Shown here in pieces: positions 1-7,985 of a DNA stretch of 45,148 bases. The notes under the pieces were generated by a model. The model did not search any database and was not told where the DNA came from. It saw only the letters and a list, made by a program, of their open reading frames with translations. The stretch's first letter is position 1, and each line of letters opens with the position of its first letter. Origin of the DNA: a virus (taxonomy: Duplodnaviria; Caudoviricetes). The stretch is taken from the IMG/VR virus record IMGVR_UViG_3300031228_000013, positions 1-45,148 of that record; one strand, 5' to 3'. Position numbers and translations under genes: made by a program.

Positions 1-126
1 CGGTCTACAAATGGTCTATATGGAATAGTGAAACCTAGCGAATAACAAAGTGTCTTGTACGTATTAAGAACACCGTTTCCATTCGTGTGGGTTCGCTCTA
101 AACCACCATCTGTAGTCCGTACGGGA
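1..126 (+). repeat. Terminal direct repeat, left copy (circular overlap containing attP arm and core)
   Basis: Identical to 45009-45134; sequences diverge right after ...TAGTCCGTACGGGA. Confidence 0.97.
111..126 (-). other. att core (attP): copy of host tRNA 3' end, TCCCGTACGGACTACA
   Basis: Same 16-mer forms the T-stem 3' strand and acceptor 3' strand of the tRNA fragment at the right end; near the integrase on the circular map. Confidence 0.8.
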
Positions 127-185
127 CCAACACCCGGTCCGATATCATGCTGATTGTTAATTGATTATACGCTGTTTTATATACG

Positions 186-204
186 CGGTCTACAAATAGT
201 CTAC
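186..204 (+). promoter_or_regulatory. Putative integrase arm-type binding repeat (partner at 1-19 / 45009-45027)
   Basis: CGGTCTACAAATAGTCTAC vs CGGTCTACAAATGGTCTAT, direct repeats on either side of the att core, each with two GTCTA units. Confidence 0.6.
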
Positions 205-620
205 GGTAATTTTGTGAATACCTGGTCCTGAAGTGTAACGGGATCACTGTCCGCCATCTCAATTATCATCGTGTAGACCTCCAGCATGTCGCGGGTTTTC
301 AGGTGTACTCTATTATGTAGCATGGTAAGCTCTATCCACTGCTGATCACCGCCACCGAATACTTTGATTTCTTCATAACCAGTGTTGACCGCGAATCTTT
401 CGAATAATTGAACCTCGTAATCCAGGGCTTCGCTGATGCCGGGGTATTCGATACTGACGTTCTGGAAGGTCAGATCCTCGTCAATGTCAAAGGAGACTTT
501 CAGCTGCAGGTCTGGATTGTCCAGGTGCCATGATCCTACAAACGGATCTTGTGTAGATTGTGGATCTTCCTCCTGACAAGCGGCAAGGAGAAGGATAAAC
601 GGCAGGATGTAGTTTTTCAT
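201..620 (-). CDS. Lipoprotein (possible lipocalin-like beta fold); candidate superinfection-exclusion/lysogenic conversion protein
   Basis: Signal peptide with lipobox LAAC; DPFVGSW motif; position next to attP. Confidence 0.7.
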   Translation of the reverse strand: MKNYILPFILLLAACQEEDPQSTQDPFVGSWHLDNPDLQLKVSFDIDEDLTFQNVSIEYPGISEALDYEVQLFERFAVNTGYEEIKVFGGGDQQWIELTMLHNRVHLKTRDMLEVYTMIIEMADSDPVTLQDQVFTKLP

Positions 621-787
621 ATTATTGGCTTTTGAATTGAATTTAGGGCTATTTCCCGGGCTTTATCCATCCCTCCAACCGCCTCTACTGATGATTTCCG
701 GGGATATATTGTCAGGGTTACTTTCTTGTCTTTAATGGAGGGGCGACCCGATCCGGGTCGCTTTCCTCCGTGTGTTTTCTTTCTCAT
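617..787 (-). CDS. 56-aa small basic protein with GGxRPGSGRP (AT-hook-like) motif; not in ORF track
   Basis: MRKKTHGGKRPGSGRPSIKDKK...; ATGA overlaps with both neighbours. Confidence 0.75.
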   Translation of the reverse strand: MRKKTHGGKRPGSGRPSIKDKKVTLTIYPRKSSVEAVGGMDKAREIALNSIQKPII

Positions 788-1104
788 TTTTTAACTGCCA
801 GAATAAAGCTACCGCAGCAGTTATAAACCTCAATGCCAGTAAACAGGATGTCCTCGTAGGACTTTAAATAATCCCTTGACTGGCCTACAAACCACGCTCC
901 GGCGATTCCTAATGTGTGCTCTGTATTATTAATATTGCCGGGTGTGGCAGCCTGAAAAGAGGCTGAACTATCAGATTCAACCATATCACTCATGCTGTTA
1001 AACCTGGATTTGGTGGTTATAAACAAGTTTTCACGGTTCTTTTTTACAAATGACTTAACGGTTGCCATTGTGATTTTCCGGGGTTGTGTTGCTGTTGTAT
1101 TCAT
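784..1104 (-). CDS. Hypothetical phage protein (start reassigned to ATG 1104)
   Basis: Open frame; ATG lies just downstream of promoter at 1129-1160. Confidence 0.75.
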   Translation of the reverse strand: MNTTATQPRKITMATVKSFVKKNRENLFITTKSRFNSMSDMVESDSSASFQAATPGNINNTEHTLGIAGAWFVGQSRDYLKSYEDILFTGIEVYNCCGSFILAVKK

Positions 1105-1128
1105 AGCTGTTTCGTTTAATTGTTGAAT

Positions 1129-1160
1129 CAAAGATACAGCGTCTAACTTGAATATGCAAA
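1129..1160 (-). promoter_or_regulatory. Bacteroidota housekeeping promoter driving the leftward 1104-201 operon
   Basis: Minus strand TTTG (1160-1157), 20-nt spacer, TATCTTTG (1136-1129). Confidence 0.75.
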
Positions 1161-1345
1161 TATTTTATCAAGTATTTTCAGATTATTTTTTATTCGGAAA
1201 CAAAAAGGTAACATCCGGAAGATTTCTCACCCCTAGGGGTTGCTTTTTTAAGGGACTTTTTTTTATTTCAAATCCCGCCCTTGAAACCCACCCCTGTTCA
1301 CCCGGCGGCTTTAATCTTATCTTTCCACCCTTCAATCCTACTGTT

Positions 1346-1525
1346 ATGGCCAAGTCTAATCAAAACCGACTTATCCACTCATTGTCTAATGCTGGGATAA
1401 GCCCCCATGTTATAGCTCAATTTCTCAAGCGTTCTATAGCAGCCTTAAAGAAAAACAAACAGGGCGCAAAAGCGCAATTCGAAATCGCACAAGCAAAACT
1501 TTTATTATTTCATTTATGCCCTTGA
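1346..1525 (+). CDS. Possible 59-aa hypothetical protein convergent on the repressor
   Basis: MAKSNQNRLIHSL...; weak TATCTTTC element at 1318-1325. Confidence 0.35.
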   Translation: MAKSNQNRLIHSLSNAGISPHVIAQFLKRSIAALKKNKQGAKAQFEIAQAKLLLFHLCP

Positions 1526-1959
1526 CGGCAATCATCCAACTCTTTTTTTAGCCTTTGTATTTTTTCGTCCTGGTCCTCAATGATCCTATTGGCTTTATTG
1601 AGGTTATCGATATAGATATCCAAATACTCAGGGGATGGCTTCTTCTCCTTTAAAAGCCCCTTTCCTACAAGTGTAATATTTTGCTTTATATTTGTTCCAC
1701 GGGAAACATTTCTTTCCCTTTCAAGATCTAGTATATCATCCCCAAACACCCGCCCCCAGTTCTTTAAAAACTCACCCTTTGGTCTGGATTCGCCGCGTTC
1801 ATAATGGCTTAGCTTCACAGATTCCCGCTTAATATCATCTTTTTCAGTAAATCCCAATTTGCGACAAACCGCCGCCTTACCCCCGTATTGCTCTATTAAG
1901 GCCGTCATCACTTCCGATAAGGAAATATTTTTCAACTTTTTCTTTCCTTTTGTTTGCAT
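1510..1959 (-). CDS. XRE-family HTH prophage repressor (CI-like) with C-terminal coiled coil
   Basis: KAAVCRKLG...LSHYERGESRP HTH signature; divergent from the early operon. Confidence 0.75.
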   Translation of the reverse strand: MQTKGKKKLKNISLSEVMTALIEQYGGKAAVCRKLGFTEKDDIKRESVKLSHYERGESRPKGEFLKNWGRVFGDDILDLERERNVSRGTNIKQNITLVGKGLLKEKKPSPEYLDIYIDNLNKANRIIEDQDEKIQRLKKELDDCRQGHK

Positions 1960-1983
1960 GGAAGGAAATATTTATTAGGTTTG
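1953..1983 (+). promoter_or_regulatory. Rightward early (PR-like) Bacteroidota promoter
   Basis: TTTG (1953-1956), 19-nt spacer, TAGGTTTG (1976-1983). Confidence 0.75.
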
Positions 1984-2019
1984 TACACTATAAGACAATA
2001 TAAGACAGAACGAGACAAT

Positions 2020-2217
2020 ATGAAAAACGGCAAACAAACCCAGGTAAAGAAAGGTGTAGGATTTCGGCAAATACGTGAAGTAAAGCCTTCAAGAAAGACC
2101 TATAGCAATGTGGAGATATACCGCGCAAAGAAGCAGGGAGAGGGTGTGGATCTGAAGATTTCAGAGGCAGCAGTTGAACTGATTGAAAGGGGACTTGAAG
2201 CGGAGGGCATCGTATGA
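2020..2217 (+). CDS. Cro-position small DNA-binding protein (start reassigned to ATG 2020)
   Basis: First gene after PR; basic; ISEAAVELIERGL helix resembles ribbon-helix-helix proteins. Confidence 0.6.
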   Translation: MKNGKQTQVKKGVGFRQIREVKPSRKTYSNVEIYRAKKQGEGVDLKISEAAVELIERGLEAEGIV

Positions 2218-2462
2218 CTCGCATAATCCCCATGCGTTCAGAAGGACGCTACGAAAGCAAAGACCTGGAACGCCTGGTAAACGAGCTATACGAACATCAG
2301 CAGCATAAAGAGGTTATGCACGCAAAAGAAGCAGCGGCATTTTTAGGCATCGGCCTTACCTCCTTATATAAGTGCAAAGATATCCCGCATCATACCCTTC
2401 CTGGACTTGAGGGCCGAATATATCTGAAAGACGAATTAATCGACTTCATAAAGCAGCACTAA
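2214..2462 (+). CDS. Excisionase-like HTH (HTH_17/AlpA type) protein
   Basis: MHAKEAAAFLGIGLTSLYK...IPHH...RIYLKDELIDFI. Confidence 0.75.
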   Translation: MTRIIPMRSEGRYESKDLERLVNELYEHQQHKEVMHAKEAAAFLGIGLTSLYKCKDIPHHTLPGLEGRIYLKDELIDFIKQH

Positions 2463-2662
2463 TGACCACCTTCAAATACAGCCTGGGACAAAAAGTATTC
2501 GACAAATGGAGTGATGAATTCACAACTGTAATTCAAAAGAGGGTAGAGTATGGACGTCCTTATTACAGACTAGAAAATGGAAGTATAAGGATTGAGGGTC
2601 AACTGTATGGAGAAGAGGATTTTATTAAACCCATTGAAACTTTTAAACTATCGCAAATATGA
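2462..2662 (+). CDS. Hypothetical phage protein
   Basis: Coupled ORF. Confidence 0.7.
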   Translation: MTTFKYSLGQKVFDKWSDEFTTVIQKRVEYGRPYYRLENGSIRIEGQLYGEEDFIKPIETFKLSQI

Positions 2663-2826
2663 AAAACGAATTTGAATTTTTTCCAATGATTCGACTGGCA
2701 TGGTTTCGGGAGGATCGCGCATTGTTATTTCAGTTTTGGTTCGCCTTCTGGATTGGAAGCTGGTGGGTGGTTAGTGGCACAAGGGCCTCAAGGATAGGAA
2801 ATGAAAAGCGATTTTCTATTCACTAA
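2659..2826 (+). CDS. 55-aa Trp/Phe-rich hypothetical protein; not in ORF track
   Basis: MKNEFEFFPMIRLAWF...; ATGA overlap with the upstream gene. Confidence 0.55.
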   Translation: MKNEFEFFPMIRLAWFREDRALLFQFWFAFWIGSWWVVSGTRASRIGNEKRFSIH

Positions 2827-2916
2827 AATCATTGCGATAGTACCTCCGGCGGCGATAGCATCATAAGCCGGGGGGAATCGCTTAACCCATTGAAAACTTT
2901 AACAAACTATAAAACC

Positions 2917-3176
2917 ATGAAAGAATTAATGTTATTACTCTCAGCGGCATTGCCTGAAGATTTACTGCTATCTCAATTAAAGTCCGCTCTAACTGAATAC
3001 GAGTTAGCCCATCGAAACAAACACGCGGCGGTCTTTCAATGATTTGCATGATGTTCGCAACTAAGGAGGCCTCGGAGAACACGCCGGGCGGAGTTGACGG
3101 GATGCTTTCTCGTATGGACAAAATGGAAAAAGGCATGGGTCTCATGGATGTTAAGGAGCATAATAATAAAGGTTAA
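2917..3176 (+). pseudogene. Hypothetical gene split by an apparent 1-bp frameshift near 3008
   Basis: MKELMLLLSAALPEDLLL...EYELA stops at 3042, while the -1 frame continues PSKQTRGGLSMICMMFATKE...KG* to 3176. Confidence 0.45.
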
Positions 3177-3189
3177 CCCCCCTACCCCT

Positions 3190-3528
3190 ATGGAAACTCT
3201 CAAACAAACAGAAGGTAAAACAGATAATGAATTACTTGCTAATCAGGACTTGATCGATGACTTCATGGGTCGAGAACATTGGCGAATGCACCCTAACCAT
3301 GAATGGGTTTCCTATCACAACGATTGGAACAGGCTCATGCCTGTAGTAGAGAAGATCAACAGCCAGGACGGCTACTCTGCAATTCATATCGACCACGATC
3401 AGGCATTTATCCACTTCAGTGAGACCGAGCGTATGGTTGACTTCCTGAAAGAAGATCACGGCTACTTTGGAATGATCTATCAGGCTGTAGTCACTTATGT
3501 AAAATGGCTTAAAACTCAACATAAATAA
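3190..3528 (+). CDS. Hypothetical phage protein (YHNDWNRLMPVVEKI motif)
   Basis: Start reassigned to METLK ATG 3190; motif common in Bacteroidota phage early proteins. Confidence 0.75.
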   Translation: METLKQTEGKTDNELLANQDLIDDFMGREHWRMHPNHEWVSYHNDWNRLMPVVEKINSQDGYSAIHIDHDQAFIHFSETERMVDFLKEDHGYFGMIYQAVVTYVKWLKTQHK

Positions 3529-3529
3529 A

Positions 3530-3883
3530 ATGGAAACTCTCAAAATCTCCTACCGTGGACACACAATAGAACCCGACTATCGGAATCCTTATTCCAGTAA
3601 GCCTGAATACATGTACTACCCCACAGAAGAAGGTCCAGACCATGACTATGATCTTGTAGGAGAAGATTACAAGTACTGTGGTAACTGCGGATGGGCTGAC
3701 AGCATCGAAGAAGCTAAGGATGCCATAATGGAAAAAATAATGGAGGCTAAGCCTTATCATGTGGTAAAGACAACATTCGGAATGCTGGAGTATTGCTTCC
3801 CATGGCTTTCGGAAGCTACTGGATTTCAAAAGACATGGGGCGGAGAATTGCTTCCTTATGGCCAACCAATCTATAACCCGTAA
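3530..3883 (+). CDS. Hypothetical phage protein
   Basis: Coupled ORF starting METLK. Confidence 0.75.
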   Translation: METLKISYRGHTIEPDYRNPYSSKPEYMYYPTEEGPDHDYDLVGEDYKYCGNCGWADSIEEAKDAIMEKIMEAKPYHVVKTTFGMLEYCFPWLSEATGFQKTWGGELLPYGQPIYNP

Positions 3884-3891
3884 AACAATCC

Positions 3892-4050
3892 ATGGCAACG
3901 TTACCTGAACCGGATTTTGAGGATGAAGAAATCGACGACGATACACCAGATTATTACCTCTGTAATTGCTGTGGGTACACTTGCGTTACAAATCACAACG
4001 GATGGGGGTGCCCTAAGTGTACCGCGCACATGGAACCACAATATTATTAA
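3892..4050 (+). CDS. 52-aa acidic zinc-ribbon protein; not in ORF track
   Basis: MATLPEPDFEDEEIDDD...CNCC...CPKC. Confidence 0.7.
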   Translation: MATLPEPDFEDEEIDDDTPDYYLCNCCGYTCVTNHNGWGCPKCTAHMEPQYY

Positions 4051-4080
4051 AACCTTGGTGAACTAATAAACGCTTGACTT

Positions 4081-4371
4081 ATGGAAACAACTGAAAAACG
4101 CATTTATCTAAACGCAGATCAGGCGAAGTCACTTCTATCTGATCAGGATTTTATACACACTTTCCGCAACCCGCGAGGTATGATGATCGGATGTGATTGG
4201 AGTAAAGAGAAACTTATTCAAGCCATCGACGAAGCGCCGGAAAACCATATTGAAATCGGCGGAGAACTATGTATGCGAATGGGTCACGGATTGGTGATAT
4301 ATATCGACGGTCCTTTATTCGTGGAGGTTGACAAAGACCAAATCAAAAAACTTGAATCTGAACTTTTATAA
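4081..4371 (+). CDS. Hypothetical phage protein
   Basis: ORF within early operon. Confidence 0.75.
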   Translation: METTEKRIYLNADQAKSLLSDQDFIHTFRNPRGMMIGCDWSKEKLIQAIDEAPENHIEIGGELCMRMGHGLVIYIDGPLFVEVDKDQIKKLESELL

Positions 4372-4375
4372 CCCC

Positions 4376-4663
4376 ATGGACCACACAACACGCTTACTAA
4401 ACGCCTCTATCGCCAGGGAAGAAAATAAACATCTAAGATCAGAGTTTAACATCACTCAGGATCTGGCCCTGCAAATAGTGGATCTGAAAAAAGAGCTTCA
4501 AAAGGCACAGGAACTACTCCGGCCCTTCAATGAGCTAGCTGCTGAAGTTCTTTATAACTCAACCTGGAAAGACGAAACCGTGGTATACTTTAATAAAAAA
4601 GAGATCACGCGAACGGATTTACAGGCTGTCTCTGACTACTTCATGAATAAAGCATTTAAATAA
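4376..4663 (+). CDS. Hypothetical coiled-coil protein
   Basis: Start reassigned to ATG 4376. Confidence 0.7.
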   Translation: MDHTTRLLNASIAREENKHLRSEFNITQDLALQIVDLKKELQKAQELLRPFNELAAEVLYNSTWKDETVVYFNKKEITRTDLQAVSDYFMNKAFK

Positions 4664-4671
4664 AAACTCTT

Positions 4672-5226
4672 ATGGAAAATACACAATCAAACGGGAATGG
4701 ATTTGATTTCCTTCCTGAAAATTACGAAGCCCCACAAGGTAACTCAGGTTACATGAAATTTCAGGATGGCGAAAATAAATTCCGCATCCTATCAAAGCCA
4801 ATCATTGGCTGGCTGGACTGGAAAGATAAAAAACCCTTTCGGTTCCGGTTTAAAGATCGCCCGGAAAAGCCTATGGGAGATAAGCCTATAAAACATTTTT
4901 GGGCTTTCCTTGTCTGGAATTACTCTGCCGACGCTATCCAGGTTTTGGAGATCACGCAGGCCACAATTCAAAAACACATTCAAGATCTGAGTAAGGACGA
5001 TGAATGGGGAGCGCCTTTTTACTATGACATCAAGGTAACCCGTAAAGGCAAGGAACTGGATACGGTCTACAGTGTTACGCCATCTCCAAAAAAAGACCTC
5101 TCGGATGAAATAAAGAAAGCCGCATTGGAAAAGTCCGCTAACCTAGAGGCTTTGTTTGAGGGTGCCGATCCCTGGATTGTGACAGGGGAACAAACTGAAT
5201 ACGCTTTTCAGTCCTTACCATTTTAA
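4672..5226 (+). CDS. Putative single-stranded DNA binding/annealing protein (gp32-like phage family)
   Basis: YMKFQDGENKFRIL...FWAFLVWNY...YDIKVTRKGKELDTVYSVTP; C-terminal LPF tail; next to exonuclease. Confidence 0.55.
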   Translation: MENTQSNGNGFDFLPENYEAPQGNSGYMKFQDGENKFRILSKPIIGWLDWKDKKPFRFRFKDRPEKPMGDKPIKHFWAFLVWNYSADAIQVLEITQATIQKHIQDLSKDDEWGAPFYYDIKVTRKGKELDTVYSVTPSPKKDLSDEIKKAALEKSANLEALFEGADPWIVTGEQTEYAFQSLPF

Positions 5227-5228
5227 TC

Positions 5229-6005
5229 ATGTTCGCTGAATATCCTGAATCAAGATTTGTCGCTTTAGATATGGAGCCGCGCGTTGGAAACTTTACCAGC
5301 GGAGAAATCGCGGCCCTCATGTCTAAAGGGAAAGGAAGTCCTTACGGCGCTCCATACTATTCCTACATCGAGGAAAAGAAAATGGAGCGTCGACTAGGTC
5401 GCGTATTGAGGGGGGATGTTTTTGCCCGCCCGCTGACATGGGGGCATTTATGTCAATACAGAGTATTTGATTTACTCGGGGATCAATACACCCCCTGTAA
5501 TAATAAGCCCCTGGATCACCCTACAATTCCATACTGGAAGGGAACACCAGATGCCACCAGGACGGTAGTGGAGCGGAATACTGTGGTAGAAGTCAAATGC
5601 CCCGAGACATTGAAATCATTTTGCCTGATCGTGGACTCCTGGAAAAAAGGCGGAATTAACGAGATCCGTAAAAAGCATAAGGACGGGGATAAATTCTATT
5701 GGCAGATCGTCAGTAATGCTATTCTCACCAAATCAAAATACGGTGAACTGGTCGCATACGTGCCCTATCAATCTGAACTGGAAGCCATCCGGGAAATGGC
5801 GCAAAACTTCGACGGAGAAAAGCAAGCCCGCTTTCTGTGGATCGCCTCGGCTTATGATGACGAATTGCCCTTTGTAAAAGACGGCGGATATTATAAGAAC
5901 CTCAATGTAATGCGGTTTGAAGTCCCTGTCGCTGACAAGATGGCCCTGCATTCCAGGGTAGAGGAAGCCGGAAAAGAATTATCTGACATAAACCTTTTAA
6001 CATGA
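5229..6005 (+). CDS. Lambda-exonuclease/YqaJ-like PD-(D/E)XK nuclease
   Basis: FTSGEI, WG, GTPD, VEVKCP and YWQ motifs in the expected order. Confidence 0.8.
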   Translation: MFAEYPESRFVALDMEPRVGNFTSGEIAALMSKGKGSPYGAPYYSYIEEKKMERRLGRVLRGDVFARPLTWGHLCQYRVFDLLGDQYTPCNNKPLDHPTIPYWKGTPDATRTVVERNTVVEVKCPETLKSFCLIVDSWKKGGINEIRKKHKDGDKFYWQIVSNAILTKSKYGELVAYVPYQSELEAIREMAQNFDGEKQARFLWIASAYDDELPFVKDGGYYKNLNVMRFEVPVADKMALHSRVEEAGKELSDINLLT

Positions 6006-6163
6006 CTACAGAAATCGAGAACATCAGACTAAAGGAAGCGTTAAGTGACCTTATTAACGCCACCAAAAAATATAAAGTTGGCGTTGCCCGAGAAACGCTT
6101 TGGCTCACAGAAAATAAAGTTTATCGAAAAGCTGAAGCCGCCCTCTCCGAAAAGAAAGACTAA
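6002..6163 (+). CDS. 53-aa hypothetical protein; not in ORF track
   Basis: ATGA-coupled, MTTEIENIRLKEAL... Confidence 0.65.
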   Translation: MTTEIENIRLKEALSDLINATKKYKVGVARETLWLTENKVYRKAEAALSEKKD

Positions 6164-6313
6164 ATGACTATGTACGGCTTAAATAAACCCAACAACCCTA
6201 GATTCACCGTTTACTTCTGGAAGTGGGCTGTACTGTCATTCCTTGGATGTCTTTTTATTTTTTTCCTTATCTGTTACATGGCTGCTGCTATTGGTAATTA
6301 TATTTTGAAATGA
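6164..6313 (+). CDS. 49-aa single-TM peptide; not in ORF track
   Basis: Hydrophobic WAVLSFLGCLFIFFLICYMAAAIG; coupled on both sides. Confidence 0.6.
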   Translation: MTMYGLNKPNNPRFTVYFWKWAVLSFLGCLFIFFLICYMAAAIGNYILK

Positions 6314-6591
6314 TGAGACATAATTACATGCAATTTTATTATCAGTGTATGGAGAGTGGGTGTTTGCCTGACAGGGGGTTATGTCATTCAATCGGCGATC
6401 CTAGAAGAAGTGCGATTAATCCAGGGTTGTGGGTTTTTACAAATAAGGACCTGCAATTATTTGAGCCTATAGAACCACAACTGCACTATTGGGGATGTGA
6501 AGATTATGTGTCTTATGATATAACACACGGCTTTACCCCGTTACGACAAACTATCGTCCTATTTCTCGCAGCCATGAACAACGAATTATGA
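6310..6591 (+). CDS. Hypothetical phage protein
   Basis: Coupled ORF. Confidence 0.7.
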   Translation: MMRHNYMQFYYQCMESGCLPDRGLCHSIGDPRRSAINPGLWVFTNKDLQLFEPIEPQLHYWGCEDYVSYDITHGFTPLRQTIVLFLAAMNNEL

Positions 6592-6764
6592 AAAACCGCC
6601 GCTACCAGCCGCAATTCGGAGACCCTGACCCTAGGCCTTTAGTAACATGGAGAGAGGTATTATTTGGTATTCTCTTTCTGTTAATAGGTGTTGCGGGGAT
6701 GGTATGGATAGCTCTACAGGGAGCAGAGATAGATCATAATGTTAATCAGTTTTTGAACCCATGA
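6588..6764 (+). CDS. 58-aa single-TM protein; not in ORF track
   Basis: VLFGILFLLIGVAGMVWIAL; ATGA overlaps on both sides. Confidence 0.65.
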   Translation: MKNRRYQPQFGDPDPRPLVTWREVLFGILFLLIGVAGMVWIALQGAEIDHNVNQFLNP

Positions 6765-6979
6765 CAGTAATGACAGAAACCGAGTTGAAGCCTGAGTACA
6801 CATGGACTCCCCGATTTGGTGTAATGGTCAGCCTTCCGTTAGGATTGATTAATTACCGGGCACTGGAGGAAGCCAGCAAAGGAATAGAAGCTGAGATTGA
6901 AACCGAAACTTCATCCTACAGGAAGGAAAAGTTATTCAGGATAAAGAAGGATATTAAAAAAATACTGAGAGGGGTATGA
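6761..6979 (+). CDS. Hypothetical phage protein
   Basis: Coupled ORF. Confidence 0.7.
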   Translation: MTVMTETELKPEYTWTPRFGVMVSLPLGLINYRALEEASKGIEAEIETETSSYRKEKLFRIKKDIKKILRGV

Positions 6980-7308
6980 GCCAAGCTGAAATACAATTTG
7001 GGAGACTGAACAGGGACGCCGGCATGAAACGCGCTATCGATCACGCTAATGCCGTTGAGCGCGGATGGGAAGAGATGGCCTTTGATTTTTTCACCAATGT
7101 ATTTCTAAAGCACCACAAAGGGACTTTCATGTGTGAGGATTATAGGGCAGCGTGTAAGGGAGTAGTTCCGGATCCGCCATCCCTGAGAGCTTTTGGACAC
7201 ATTATAACCAAAGCAAAAAGAAGGGGATTGATTACAAGGGTGGGGATAAGATCGGTAAAAAATAGCCGCGCTAATTGTGCGCTGGCTACACTATGGCATA
7301 GAACTTAA
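6976..7308 (+). CDS. Conserved-type hypothetical phage protein (winged-helix-like, PPSLRAFG motif)
   Basis: GMKRAIDHAN...FMCEDYR...PPSLRAFG...AKRRGLI. Confidence 0.7.
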   Translation: MSQAEIQFGRLNRDAGMKRAIDHANAVERGWEEMAFDFFTNVFLKHHKGTFMCEDYRAACKGVVPDPPSLRAFGHIITKAKRRGLITRVGIRSVKNSRANCALATLWHRT

Positions 7309-7312
7309 AACC

Positions 7313-7471
7313 ATGAAACAAAAAGCTAAAAAATACCTCCTTGATGAATCCGACCTTGAATGGATTGTTGAGGCCCTTAATGAAGGGTATTCAAAAAAGC
7401 AATTAGCAAAGCAGTATAAAATATCAGTCAGACAATTGAACGCTGAACTGAAAGGAGATAAAGAAACTTAA
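7313..7471 (+). CDS. Small HTH protein
   Basis: LNEGYSKKQLAKQYKISVRQL; start reassigned to 7313. Confidence 0.65.
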   Translation: MKQKAKKYLLDESDLEWIVEALNEGYSKKQLAKQYKISVRQLNAELKGDKET

Positions 7472-7486
7472 CAAATAATATAAATC

Positions 7487-7939
7487 ATGAAAATTTACGT
7501 TGCGTCATCTTGGAGAAACAAATATCAACCTGAAGTAGTCAAAATACTCCGTGAATATGGTCATGAAGTGTATGACTTCCGAAACCCAGCGCCAGGAGAA
7601 AACGGTTTCGCATGGTCTGATATCGACCCTAATTGGGAGCAGTGGACGCCGGGCCAATGGCGCGAAAACCTTGAACATCCCATTGCCTTACATGGTTTGA
7701 AAAGGGACTTCGATGCAATGAAGTGGGCGGAAGTTTGTGTATTGGTAATGCCATCAGGGAGATCAGCACACACTGAAGCAGGCTGGATGAAGGGGGCTGG
7801 TAAAACCGTTTATGCGTTAGTGTTCGACAACTGTGAGCCGGATTTGATGTATAAGGTATTCGATGGTATTTGTGTTTCGATGGAAGAATTGATCGAGACA
7901 ATAGAGACAATTAAAAACTTAGTCAGGGACGCTGACTAA
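7487..7939 (+). CDS. Nucleoside 2-deoxyribosyltransferase-like protein
   Basis: KIYVASSW...D...SGRSAHTEAGW motif pattern of the NDT-like superfamily. Confidence 0.7.
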   Translation: MKIYVASSWRNKYQPEVVKILREYGHEVYDFRNPAPGENGFAWSDIDPNWEQWTPGQWRENLEHPIALHGLKRDFDAMKWAEVCVLVMPSGRSAHTEAGWMKGAGKTVYALVFDNCEPDLMYKVFDGICVSMEELIETIETIKNLVRDAD

Positions 7940-7940
7940 T

Positions 7941-7985
7941 AAGCCGGGGGCCACGTGAGCGTTGAATCTCTCCCCGGCTTTTATT
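7941..7985 (+). terminator. Stem-loop with U-tract immediately 5' of the tRNA-like element (terminator or processing leader)
   Basis: AAGCCGGGG...CCCCGGCTT followed by TTATT. Confidence 0.5.

Noticed and set aside
1-126. Biological terminal repeats of a linear virion genome
   Set aside because: The repeat coincides with att and is best explained as assembly overlap; the HNH plus P27-type terS layout implies cos ends near 40.9 kb
743-761. Perfect GCGACCCG/CGGGTCGC hairpin as a terminator
   Set aside because: Lies within the KRPGSGR codons of the 617-787 ORF, and has no U-tract in the sense (minus) direction
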